Below, piece after piece: positions 8,744 to 17,315 of a DNA stretch of 32,000 nucleotides. A program made the translations under genes and the position numbers. This stretch comes from Delftia acidovorans NBRC 14950 (lineage in GTDB: Bacteria > Pseudomonadota > Gammaproteobacteria > Burkholderiales > Burkholderiaceae_C), in NCBI RefSeq assembly GCF_001598795.1, contig NZ_BCZP01000004.1, positions 1 to 32,000 of the forward strand, given 5' to 3'. The notes beneath the pieces are model-generated. The model had not been told where the DNA came from and made no database searches. It saw nothing but the letters and a program-made list of their open reading frames with translations. Positions within the stretch are counted from its first letter, which is position 1, and each line of letters starts with the position of its first letter.

Positions 8744-8786
8744 GCCATGGCCTGCGCCGCCCTTCGTGGACGACGCAGGCCATGGC
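8744..8786. promoter_or_regulatory. Perfect 13-bp inverted repeat GCCATGGCCTGCG-N17-CGCAGGCCATGGC in the argE-like / MFS divergent region
   Basis: Read directly. The arms are 8744-8756 and 8774-8786. The repeat ends 14 nt upstream of the argE-like start codon on the minus strand. Confidence 0.4.
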
Positions 8787-8893
8787 ATAGGCATTGCATA
8801 TGGCGAAGCAGTGTACGCCCGGGTTGCGGCCCGGGCAGGCACGCCGACCCATGCCCCGGGCGTGACTGCCGTCTTTTCAATCCCTTTTCGGAA

Positions 8894-10207
8894 ATGGACC
8901 CTGCTTTGACCAAGCAAACCGTCTCGACCCGCAACATCGTGGCTGCCGTCATCGGCAACGCGCTGGAGTGGTATGACTTCCTGGTGTTCGCCTTCATGAC
9001 ACCCATCGTCGCCAAGCTGTTCTTCCCCAGCAATCCCGACAATCCGGACGACAACATCAACCGCATCCTGATGACCACGGCCGTGTTCGGCGTGGGCTTT
9101 TTCATGCGGCCCGTGGGCGGCATCCTGCTGGGCCTGTACGGGGACCGCAAGGGCCGCAAGGCGGCCATGGTGATGGTGACGGGCCTGATGGCCGTGGCGA
9201 TCGCGCTGATCACGCTGGCGCCCACCTATGCGGCGGTGGGCATCCTGGCGCCGCTGTTCATCGTGCTGGCACGGCTGCTGCAGGGCTTTGCGGCCGGCGG
9301 CGAGTTCGGCACGTCCACGGCACTGCTGATCGAGCTGGCACCGCCCGGCAAGCGCGGCTTCTATGGTTCCTGGCAGATGGCCGGCCAGATGCTGGCCCTG
9401 CTGATCGGCGCGGCCACGGGCACGCTGATCACCGAGATCTTCACCGAGGAGGAACTGATGGCCTGGGCCTGGCGCGTGCCCTTCGCCGTGGGCCTGCTGA
9501 TCGTTCCCGTGGCGCTGTACATCCGCCGCCATGTGGAGGAGCCCGAGGTCTTCAAGGAAATGCAGGCCGCTCAGGCCAGCGGCAAGGCGCGCCAGATCGG
9601 CATCATGGAGATGCTGCGCACGCATGCGCGCGAGACGCTGGTGGGCATGGGCCTGGTGGTCACGGCCACGGTGTCCATCTACATCACCTTCACCTATCTG
9701 GTGACCTATGCCACGGTGACGCTGAAGCTGCCCATGCGCGATGCCTTCATGGTGCAGATGGCCGGCGCCGCGCTGATGGTGGTGATCATGCCGTTCTTCG
9801 GCGCCCTGTCGGACCGCGTGGGCCGCCGCATGCTGACCATCGGCTCGCTGATCGGCTACCTGGTGGTGCTCTACCCGCTGTATGCCTGGCTGACCGACGG
9901 CCCCACGGTGCAGAAGCTGCTGATCACCCAGCTGGTGGTCTGCGTGTTCGTGGCCGTGTTCTTCGGCGTGTTCAGCACGGTGATGGCCGAGCTGTTCCCG
10001 CCCCAGGTGCGTTCGGCCGGCATGTCCATGGCCTACAACGTGGCGGTGATGATCTTCGGCGGCTTCGCGCAGTTCATCGTGACCTGGCTGATCCGCTCCA
10101 CGGGCTCGCCCATGGCGCCGGCCTTCTATGTGATGTTCGGCGTGACGCTGGGCCTGTTCGCGGCCTTCTTCATCAAGGACCGCGCGATGGAGCGCAACCT
10201 GCGCTGA
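8894..10207 (+). CDS. MFS transporter, metabolite:H+ symporter (MHS; KgtP/ProP/CitA-like) family (437 aa)
   Basis: IGNALEWYDFLVFAFMTPIVAKLFFP, GGILLGLYGDRKGRKAAMV and 12 hydrophobic segments are typical of the MHS subfamily. Confidence 0.85.
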   Translation: MDPALTKQTVSTRNIVAAVIGNALEWYDFLVFAFMTPIVAKLFFPSNPDNPDDNINRILMTTAVFGVGFFMRPVGGILLGLYGDRKGRKAAMVMVTGLMAVAIALITLAPTYAAVGILAPLFIVLARLLQGFAAGGEFGTSTALLIELAPPGKRGFYGSWQMAGQMLALLIGAATGTLITEIFTEEELMAWAWRVPFAVGLLIVPVALYIRRHVEEPEVFKEMQAAQASGKARQIGIMEMLRTHARETLVGMGLVVTATVSIYITFTYLVTYATVTLKLPMRDAFMVQMAGAALMVVIMPFFGALSDRVGRRMLTIGSLIGYLVVLYPLYAWLTDGPTVQKLLITQLVVCVFVAVFFGVFSTVMAELFPPQVRSAGMSMAYNVAVMIFGGFAQFIVTWLIRSTGSPMAPAFYVMFGVTLGLFAAFFIKDRAMERNLR

Positions 10208-10430
10208 TCCCGGTGCGGTGCGCAAGGCACCGCGCCCGCGCATGCCGCGCATGCCCCGCCACGGGGCCTGCGCCCCGCACGCGCACCCGCCTGCGCACCA
10301 TGCGCGGGCATGACGGCCACCCGCCCTGCACCACGGCGGGGAGGCCCGCCCGCATCGGCGGATTTCATGCAGAAAAAGTCAGGGCTGATGCTCTCTGGAG
10401 TGCCGCAAATCTGCAGGGAATACCCTCTGC

Positions 10431-10446
10431 TGGCACGCGTTTCGCT
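10431..10446 (+). promoter_or_regulatory. Candidate sigma-54 (-24/-12) promoter TGGCACGCGTTTCGCT upstream of dctA
   Basis: The GG and GC dinucleotides have the canonical spacing of TGGCAC-N5-TTGC, with one mismatch (TCGC for TTGC). The site is about 70 nt upstream of the dctA ATG. dctA is sigma-54/DctBD-dependent in several proteobacteria. Confidence 0.4.
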
Positions 10447-10456
10447 TGTCTACATT

Positions 10457-10486
10457 CTTGCATGCAAGTTGTAAATCCACTTGCAT
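10457..10486. promoter_or_regulatory. Candidate operator: 12-bp palindrome CTTGCATGCAAG plus a third CTTGCAT half-site
   Basis: CTTGCATGCAAG is at 10457-10468. GCAAGT-N9-ACTTGC is at 10464-10484. CTTGCAT occurs again at 10480-10486. All lie between the putative promoter and the dctA start. Confidence 0.3.
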
Positions 10487-10516
10487 ACAAGATTCCACAA
10501 CTTGCGAAAGACGACT

Positions 10517-11860
10517 ATGCGCCGCTTTGCCAGATCACTGTTCGGACAGGTGGTGATCGCACTCATCCTGGGTGTGCTCGCCGGAATATTGGCCCCTGAA
10601 TGGGCCGTGAAGCTCAAGCCCCTGGGCGATGGCTTCATCAAGCTCATCAAGATGATCATTCCCGTGCTGGTGTTCTGCGTGGTGGTGCACGGCATCGCGG
10701 GCGCAGGCGACCTCAAGCGCGTGGGCCGGGTCGGCGTCAAGTCGCTGATCTACTTCGAGGTGCTGACCACCATCGCCCTGGTGCTGGGCCTGGTGCTGGC
10801 CTTCGTGTTCCAGCCCGGCGCGGGCATGAACGTGGACCCGAGCAAGCTCGACGCCTCGGCCATGAGCGCCTATGCCAGCAACGCCGACAAGCTGACCAGC
10901 GGCGGCACGGTGGACTTCCTGATGAAGCTCATCCCCACCACCGTGGTGCAGGCCTTTGCCACGGGCGACGTGCTGCAGGTGCTGCTGTTCGCCGTGCTGT
11001 TCGGCTGCGCGCTGACCATGCTGGGCGAGCGCGGCGCGCCCGTGCATGCGCTGATCGACACGCTGTCGAACGTGCTGTTCAAGATCATGGGCATCCTCAT
11101 CAAGCTGGCCCCGCTGGGCGTGCTGGGTGCGATCTCGTTCACCGTGGGCCAGTACGGCATCGGCTCGCTCAAGCAGCTGGGCATGCTGGTGCTGCTGTTC
11201 TACGTGGCCGTGATCTTCTTCGTCTTCGTGGTGCTGGGCCTGGTGATGCGCTTTTCGGGCTTCAGCCTGATCAAGCTGCTGCGCTACCTGCGCGAGGAGC
11301 TGATGGTGGTCTTCGCCACCACCTCCTCGGACAGCGTGCTGCCCCAGATCATGGCCAAGCTGCGCAACATGGGCGTGCGCGACTCCACCGTGGGCCTGGT
11401 GATTCCCACGGGCTACTCGTTCAACCTGGACGCCTTCTCCATCTACATCACGCTGGCGGCCGTGTTCATCGCCCAGGCCACGAACACGCCCATCGGCATG
11501 GCCGACCTGCTGACCATCCTGGCGATTGCGCTGGTGACCTCCAAGGGCGCCCACGGCGTGCCGGGCTCGGCCATCGTGGTGCTGGCGGCCACGCTGCATG
11601 CGATTCCGGCCATCCCCGCCATCGGCCTGGTGCTGGTGCTGTCGGTGGACTGGTTCATGGGCATTGCCCGCGCGCTGGGCAACCTGATCGGCAACTGCGT
11701 GGCCACCGTGGCCATCGCCGCCTGGGAAGGTGACATCGACCGCGAGCGCGCCCATGCCGTGCTCGACGGCCTGGCCGACAATCAGGGGCCCGACGCCGAG
11801 CCCTCCGGCGCCGCCGCCGTCCCCGCAACCGTGACTCCTGCCCACCCTGCAACGCAATGA
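10517..11860 (+). CDS. dctA: C4-dicarboxylate:cation symporter DctA
   Basis: Colinear with E. coli DctA: KPLGDGFIKLIKMIIPVLVFCVVV, GAGMNVDP, VIPTGYSFNLD, AAVFIAQATN, SKGAHGVPGSAIVVLAATL. Confidence 0.92.
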   Translation: MRRFARSLFGQVVIALILGVLAGILAPEWAVKLKPLGDGFIKLIKMIIPVLVFCVVVHGIAGAGDLKRVGRVGVKSLIYFEVLTTIALVLGLVLAFVFQPGAGMNVDPSKLDASAMSAYASNADKLTSGGTVDFLMKLIPTTVVQAFATGDVLQVLLFAVLFGCALTMLGERGAPVHALIDTLSNVLFKIMGILIKLAPLGVLGAISFTVGQYGIGSLKQLGMLVLLFYVAVIFFVFVVLGLVMRFSGFSLIKLLRYLREELMVVFATTSSDSVLPQIMAKLRNMGVRDSTVGLVIPTGYSFNLDAFSIYITLAAVFIAQATNTPIGMADLLTILAIALVTSKGAHGVPGSAIVVLAATLHAIPAIPAIGLVLVLSVDWFMGIARALGNLIGNCVATVAIAAWEGDIDRERAHAVLDGLADNQGPDAEPSGAAAVPATVTPAHPATQ

Positions 11861-12543
11861 CACCTGTAAGCCCCCAGCACATCGCCGAGCGCGTCGTCGA
11901 AGCCATCCTGGCCCAGAAACTGGCGCCCGGCGAACGGCTGGGGGAGCAGGAGCTGGCCGACAACTTCGCGGTCAGCCGCACCATGGTGCGCGAGGCGCTG
12001 ATGCAACTGCAGGCGCGCGGCTTCGTGCAGGTGCAGCCCCGGCGCGGCTGGTACGTGGTCCAGCCCTCGGCCGAGGAGGCGCAGGACGCCTTCGCGGCGC
12101 GCCGCATCATCGAGACCGGCATCCTGGGCGAGGCCGGCCGCCCCCTGCAAAGCGTGATCGGCCAGCTGCGCCGCCACATCGCCCAGGAGCAGGAAGCCAT
12201 TGCCGGCGCCGACGCGGCCACGCGCGCCTTCCTGCTGGCCGACTTCCATGTCTGCCTGGCCGAGCAGATGGGCCACCGCCTGCTGGCGCTCACCCTGCGC
12301 GACCTCACGGCTCGCACCACGCTGGCGGCCACATTGTTCCAGTCCACGCACAGCGCCAGCCAGTCCTGCGCCGAGCACGAACGCATCGTCGAGGCGCTGG
12401 AGCGCGGCGACACCGAGGGCGCCAAGGCCCTGCTGCTGGAGCACATCGGCACGGTGGAACGCTCGCTGGAGATCCGCCCGCCCGAGGCGCCCGACGCCAG
12501 CGACCGCCTGCGCGCCACGCTGGCGCCCCTGTTCGGGGGATAA
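11857..12543 (+). CDS. GntR-family (FadR/FCD subfamily) transcriptional regulator (228 aa)
   Basis: wHTH segment GERLGEQELADNFAVSRTMVREALMQLQARGFVQVQPRRGWYV, followed by a helical FCD-like C-terminal domain. ATGA overlap with the dctA stop. Confidence 0.85.
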   Translation: MTPVSPQHIAERVVEAILAQKLAPGERLGEQELADNFAVSRTMVREALMQLQARGFVQVQPRRGWYVVQPSAEEAQDAFAARRIIETGILGEAGRPLQSVIGQLRRHIAQEQEAIAGADAATRAFLLADFHVCLAEQMGHRLLALTLRDLTARTTLAATLFQSTHSASQSCAEHERIVEALERGDTEGAKALLLEHIGTVERSLEIRPPEAPDASDRLRATLAPLFGG

Positions 12544-12698
12544 CCCTGTGTCGGAGGGTCGGCAAATTTCCACCGACCGTCGCTAAAACGCCAATCTGGG
12601 CCATACGGTACGCACTGTCATGGTGCCGACACGGCTGACTGCATACGCTGCTGAGTTGGCGCATTGCGCGCCGTTCATCAACCCACCACTGCTCGGAT

Positions 12699-14057
12699 AT
12701 GACCCAACGTCCTATGTCCTTTTCCCGCACTCCCCTGCTCGCGTCCCTGTGCGCGGCTGCAGTCCTCACGGCCTGCGGCGGCGACGGCGGCTCGTTCTAC
12801 CTCACGCTCGACGGAAAGCAGCCCCAGGTGATCGCCCACCGCGGCTTCTCGGGCAAGTTCCCGGAGCAGACGCGCATGGCCTACGAGGCCGCCGCCGACG
12901 CGGGCGCGGACATGCTCGAACTCGACATGCACATGACGAAGGACTGCCAGCTGGTCGCCCGCCACAACGCCTGGCTCAGCGACAGCACCAACGTGGCCGA
13001 CGTGGCCAAGACCAATGCCGAAGTGGCACGCCGCCAGCGCACCACGGCCGGCGTGCTGGTCAACGTGAAGTACCCCGCCGTGCCTGCCAACGGCCCCTCG
13101 CAATACCTGAGCGACCAGCTGGACGCCAACGATCCCAAGTCCGTGCTCAAGGCCCTGGTGGTCGATGGCGAGGACCACCGCAACGACTGGTCCATCAGCG
13201 ACTTCACGCTGCAGGAGCTGCGCAGCTGGCTGACCGGCACCATCCTGGACAACCGCAGCGAGCGCCCCACCGAGTGGAACGGCAAGCTGCCCCTGATCAG
13301 CGCCCAGGACGTGCTGGACATCGCCGCCGCCAAGGGCAAGGCCCTGGGCCGCACCATCCCCGTCTACGCCGAGACCAAGAACCCCTACTGGAACAACCAG
13401 CAGGCGATCGCCAACGGCTGCGGCGCACCCGGCTCGCGCCCCTTCGAAGATGCGGTGATCAAGCTGCTGGACCAGAACAAGCTCAACGCCAAGGACTCGG
13501 CCATCTACATCCAGAGCTTCGACCCGGCCAGCCTCAAGTACCTGCGCCAGGCCGGCATGAAGGCCAAGGGCGTGCAGCTGATCGACGGCAACGACTTCAG
13601 CCTGCGCGACGGCTCCATGGTCTACATCACCAACGATGAGTGGACCTTCATCAGCGGCCGCCCCTACAGCTGGACCCTGGCCGGCGACGCCCGCACCTTC
13701 GCCGCCATGCTCACGCCCGCAGGCCTGGCCGACATCAAGACCTATGCCGACGGCATCGGCCCCTGGAAGCCCCAGGTCCTGGCCCACTCCGTCGTGCCCT
13801 ACAAGGACGGCGCCGGCCTCAAGGACGTGAACACCGTCAAGGACACGGGCCTGATCCGCGACGCCCACAAGGCCGGCCTGATCGTGCACAGCTTCACCTT
13901 CCGCAACGAGCCGGGCCGCTTGGCCGGCCTGTACAAGGGCGATCCCGTGCAGGAATACCTGACCTACTACCGCCTGGGCATCGACGGCGTGTTCACCGAC
14001 TTCACGGACACGGCCGTGGCGGCGCGCAAGGCGTACAACAAGGAAATCGGGCTCTGA
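12699..14057 (+). CDS. Glycerophosphodiester phosphodiesterase (GDPD) family lipoprotein (452 aa)
   Basis: Lipobox LTAC in MSFSRTPLLASLCAAAVLTACGG. GDPD catalytic motif VIAHRGFSGKFPEQT...ELDMHMTKDCQLVARHN. The protein is larger than E. coli GlpQ. Confidence 0.85.
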   Translation: MTQRPMSFSRTPLLASLCAAAVLTACGGDGGSFYLTLDGKQPQVIAHRGFSGKFPEQTRMAYEAAADAGADMLELDMHMTKDCQLVARHNAWLSDSTNVADVAKTNAEVARRQRTTAGVLVNVKYPAVPANGPSQYLSDQLDANDPKSVLKALVVDGEDHRNDWSISDFTLQELRSWLTGTILDNRSERPTEWNGKLPLISAQDVLDIAAAKGKALGRTIPVYAETKNPYWNNQQAIANGCGAPGSRPFEDAVIKLLDQNKLNAKDSAIYIQSFDPASLKYLRQAGMKAKGVQLIDGNDFSLRDGSMVYITNDEWTFISGRPYSWTLAGDARTFAAMLTPAGLADIKTYADGIGPWKPQVLAHSVVPYKDGAGLKDVNTVKDTGLIRDAHKAGLIVHSFTFRNEPGRLAGLYKGDPVQEYLTYYRLGIDGVFTDFTDTAVAARKAYNKEIGL

Positions 14058-14091
14058 TCGAGCGCTGAATGCCGCTGCGGCGGCGTCCATG

Positions 14092-14120
14092 AAAAAGCCA
14101 GGGCATGCCCTGGCTTTTTT
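14092..14120. terminator. Bidirectional rho-independent terminator between the GDPD gene (+) and metH (-)
   Basis: AAAAA-GCCAGGGCATGCCCTGGC-TTTTTT: a perfect palindromic stem flanked by an A5 run and a T6 run. Confidence 0.85.
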
Positions 14121-14159
14121 CTTGCAACGCGCGGCACCAGTCCGCGCGGACAAACGTTC

Positions 14160-16916
14160 TCACCCCAGATTCGGCGCCAGCAACCGGCGCAGTTCCTCGA
14201 TGTCCATGCCCCGGCGCGCGGCCATGTCGGCCAGTTGGTCCTCGCCGATCTCGCCGACGTTGAAGTAGACGGCGTCGGGGTGGCCGATGTAGAAGCCGCT
14301 GACGCTGGAGGCCGGGTTCATGGCCAGGCTTTCGGTCAGGCTCATGCCGATCTCGTCGGCCTTGAGCACGGCGAACAGGTCGGTCTTGGCGCTGTGGTCG
14401 GGGCAGGCCGGGTAGCCGGGCGCGGGGCGCACGCCCTTGTACTGTTCCTTGATCAGCGCTTCGTTGCTGAGGTCCTCGTCGGGCGCATAGCCCCACAGGT
14501 CCTTGCGCACGCGCTGGTGCAGGCATTCGGCGAAGGCCTCGGCCAGGCGGTCGGCCAGGGCCTTGAACATGATGCCGGAGTAGTCGTCCAGCGCGTCTTC
14601 GAACTCCTTGTCCTTCTTCTCGGCGCCGATGCCGGCCGTGACGGCGAACAGGCCCGCGTAGTCCTGGATGCCCGATTCCTTGGTGGCCACGAAGTCGGAC
14701 AGGCAGCGGCTGGGGCGCATCACGGGCTGGCCATCCGGGCCTTCCACCATCTGCTTTTCGGTCTGCTGGCGCATGCCGTACCAGGTCATCAGCACCTGGC
14801 TACGGGACTCGTCGGCGTAGAACTCGATGTCATCGCCCACGCGGTTGGCCGGGAACAGGCCGATGGCGCCATTGGCCTGCAGCCAGCGGCCTTCGATGAT
14901 CTTCCTGAGCATGGCCTGGCCGTCGGCCAGCACCTTGCGCGCCTCAACGCCGACGATCTCGTCGTCGAGGATGGCCGGATAGGGGCCGGCCAGGTCCCAG
15001 GTCTGGAAGAACGGGCCCCAGTCGATGTATTCGGCGATCTCGGCCAGGTCGAAGTTGCGGAACACGCGCCGGCCCAGGGCGCGCGGCGCCACGGGGGCCT
15101 GGGAGAAGTCCACGGGCGTGGCGTTGGCGCGGGCCTTTGCCAGAGGCCACAGCGGTGTCTTCTTCTTGTTGGCGTGCTGGGTGCGGACCTTGTCGTAGTC
15201 GGCCTGGATCTCGGCCAGGTAGTTGCCCTTGTTCTCGCCCAGCAGGCTCTGGGCCACGCTGACGCTGCGCGAGGCATCGGGCACGTAGACCACGGGGCCT
15301 TCGTACTTGGGCGCGATCTTGACGGCGGTGTGCACGCGCGAGCAGGTGGCGCCGCCGATCAGCAGCGGAATCTTCTTGATGCGGAAGTAGTCGTCCTTGT
15401 GCATCTCGCCGGCGACGTATTGCATCTCTTCGAGGCTGGGCGTGATCAGGCCCGACAGGCCGATGATGTCCGCGCCCTCGGCCTTGGCCCGGGCCAGGAT
15501 CTCATGGCAGGGCACCATCACGCCCATGTTGATGACCTCGAAGTTGTTGCACTGCAGGACCACGGTGACGATGTTCTTGCCGATGTCGTGCACATCGCCC
15601 TTGACGGTGGCGATGACGATCTTGCCCTTGCTGGACACGTCCAGGCCCGCCGCTTCCTGCTGGCGCTTTTCCTCTTCGATGTAGGGCACGAGGTGGGCCA
15701 CGGCCTGCTTCATCACGCGCGCCGACTTGACCACCTGGGGCAGGAACATCTTGCCGGCGCCGAACAGGTCGCCCACGATGTTCATGCCGTCCATGAGCGG
15801 GCCTTCGATCACGTGCAGCGGGCGGCCGCCGCCCTGCACCACGATCTGCTGGTAGGCCTCTTCGGTGTCGGCGACGATGAAGTCGGTGATGCCGTGCACC
15901 AGGGCGTGCGACAGGCGCTCGCCCACGGTCTTCGGGTTCTCGGGCGTGCCGCGCCATTCGAGCTTCTTGCTGTCGTCCTTGGCGGCGCCCTTGGCGGCGT
16001 CGGCAATCTCCAGCAGGCGTTCCGCAGCGTCAGGGCGGCGGTTGAGCACCACGTCTTCCACGCGCTCGCGCAGCTGGGGCTCCAGGTCGTCATAGACGCC
16101 GACCATGCCGGCGTTGACGATGCCCATGTCCATGCCCGCCGAGATGGCGTGGTACAGGAACACGGTGTGGATGGCCTCGCGCACGGGGTCGTTGCCGCGG
16201 AAGCTGAAGCTCACGTTGGAGACGCCGCCCGAGACCTTGGCGCCGGGCAGATTCTTCTTGATCCAGCGCACGGCCTCGATGAAGTCCACGGCGTAGTTGT
16301 CGTGCTCCTCGATGCCGGTGGCCACGGCGAAGATGTTGGGGTCGAAGACGATGTCCTCGGGCGGGAAGCCCACCTCGTCCACCAGGATGCGGTAGGCGCG
16401 CTCGCAGATCTCGATCTTGCGCTGGTAGGTGTCGGCCTGGCCCTTCTCGTCGAAGGCCATGACCACGGCGGCCGCGCCGTAGCGCCTGATCAGCCGGGCC
16501 TGGCGCTTGAATTCATCCAGGCCTTCCTTCATGGAGATGGAGTTGACGATGCCCTTGCCCTGCAGACAGCGCAGTCCGGCCTCGATGACTTCCCACTTGG
16601 AGCTGTCCACCATGACCGGCACCTTGGCGATGTCGGGCTCGGAGGCGATGAGGTTCAGGAAGCGCACCATGGCGGCCTTGCTGTCCAGCATGGCCTCGTC
16701 CATGTTCACGTCGATCACCTGGGCGCCGTTTTCCACCTGCTGGCGAGCCACGGACAGCGCTTCCTCGTACTGCTCGTTGAGGATCATGCGCGCAAAGGCC
16801 TTGGAGCCCGTGACGTTGGTGCGCTCGCCCACGTTGACGAACAGCGTGCCCTCGCCGATGGAGACAGGCTCCAGGCCCGACAGACGCATGGGAGGGGGAG
16901 TGAAAGAGGACGACAT
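14160..16916 (-). CDS. metH: Cobalamin-dependent methionine synthase lacking the N-terminal homocysteine-binding domain (918 aa: pterin-binding, cap/B12-binding and AdoMet-activation modules)
   Basis: It begins at the equivalent of about E. coli MetH residue 340 ([34 protein letters not shown]). It contains the B12-binding DxHxxG motif ([11 protein letters not shown]) and the C-terminal activation domain ([12 protein letters not shown]...[15 protein letters not shown]). Confidence 0.92.
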   Translation of the reverse strand: MSSSFTPPPMRLSGLEPVSIGEGTLFVNVGERTNVTGSKAFARMILNEQYEEALSVARQQVENGAQVIDVNMDEAMLDSKAAMVRFLNLIASEPDIAKVPVMVDSSKWEVIEAGLRCLQGKGIVNSISMKEGLDEFKRQARLIRRYGAAAVVMAFDEKGQADTYQRKIEICERAYRILVDEVGFPPEDIVFDPNIFAVATGIEEHDNYAVDFIEAVRWIKKNLPGAKVSGGVSNVSFSFRGNDPVREAIHTVFLYHAISAGMDMGIVNAGMVGVYDDLEPQLRERVEDVVLNRRPDAAERLLEIADAAKGAAKDDSKKLEWRGTPENPKTVGERLSHALVHGITDFIVADTEEAYQQIVVQGGGRPLHVIEGPLMDGMNIVGDLFGAGKMFLPQVVKSARVMKQAVAHLVPYIEEEKRQQEAAGLDVSSKGKIVIATVKGDVHDIGKNIVTVVLQCNNFEVINMGVMVPCHEILARAKAEGADIIGLSGLITPSLEEMQYVAGEMHKDDYFRIKKIPLLIGGATCSRVHTAVKIAPKYEGPVVYVPDASRSVSVAQSLLGENKGNYLAEIQADYDKVRTQHANKKKTPLWPLAKARANATPVDFSQAPVAPRALGRRVFRNFDLAEIAEYIDWGPFFQTWDLAGPYPAILDDEIVGVEARKVLADGQAMLRKIIEGRWLQANGAIGLFPANRVGDDIEFYADESRSQVLMTWYGMRQQTEKQMVEGPDGQPVMRPSRCLSDFVATKESGIQDYAGLFAVTAGIGAEKKDKEFEDALDDYSGIMFKALADRLAEAFAECLHQRVRKDLWGYAPDEDLSNEALIKEQYKGVRPAPGYPACPDHSAKTDLFAVLKADEIGMSLTESLAMNPASSVSGFYIGHPDAVYFNVGEIGEDQLADMAARRGMDIEELRRLLAPNLG

Positions 16917-16920
16917 CAAG

Positions 16921-17069
16921 CTCACCTGCAAAAACGGCATGGCAACAGGTGAGCGTCGTTGGCACCGTGGGCGCGGTCCGGCCGGGAACCTGCACCTGGC
17001 CCAAGCCTGACGCGGCACGCGATCCGGTGTACGGATGGGCGGGTGCCGCGCTGCAACGCTCCTCGGGCC
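16921..17069 (-). promoter_or_regulatory. Probable SAH (S-adenosylhomocysteine) riboswitch plus SD-sequestering hairpin in the metH leader
   Basis: The minus-strand RNA reads GGCCCGAGGAGCGUUGC-AGCGCGGCAC..GUGCCGCGU-CAGGCUUGGGCC...GCCAACGACGCUCACC. This matches my recollection of the conserved SAH-element blocks GAGGAGCGCUGC / CAGGCUCGG / AACGGCGCUCAC. The 3' block overlaps an 8-bp hairpin, CUCACCUG-N17-CAGGUGAG, whose 3' arm carries the AGGUGA Shine-Dalgarno 5 nt before the AUG. Confidence 0.7.
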
Positions 17070-17274
17070 AAAGCCCGGGATTCTACGGCGGCTGGCGGCG
17101 GCCTGCAGTGCGGGTTTTACGCCCGCATTCGGGGCAGGCCTGCACAAAGCCATGCGGCACTGCACCAAAGCGCGGCAGCGCGGGCCGCCGGCGGCGCCTT
17201 CGGGGCGGATTGTCGATACCCCATCGCCCCGGATTCTTTGCAGTGCCTGAGGACAACGCTCCTTTTTTTGCATC

Positions 17275-17290
17275 TGGCACGCAATTCGCT
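17275..17290 (+). promoter_or_regulatory. Candidate sigma-54 (-24/-12) promoter TGGCACGCAATTCGCT upstream of the GntR / amino-acid ABC operon
   Basis: It has the same architecture and the same single deviation (TCGC) as the dctA site. Both share CTGGCACGC..TTCGCT. It is about 58 nt upstream of the ATG at 17348. Confidence 0.4.
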
Positions 17291-17304
17291 ATCTGCTGGG
17301 TACG

Positions 17305-17315
17305 TGGTCTGACCA
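17305..17315. promoter_or_regulatory. Candidate GntR/FadR-type operator TGGT-N3-ACCA
   Basis: TGGTCTGACCA was read directly, embedded in the larger imperfect palindrome GGTCTGACCAGTCAGGCC. It lies between the putative promoter and the GntR start codon. Confidence 0.35.

Noticed and set aside
17254-17262. A second copy of GGAGCGUUG (minus strand), suggesting a tandem SAH riboswitch.
   Set aside because: Only this one block is present. No paired helix, CAGGCUYGG block or AACGNCGCUCAC block follows it, so it is probably a chance repeat or part of the promoter region.
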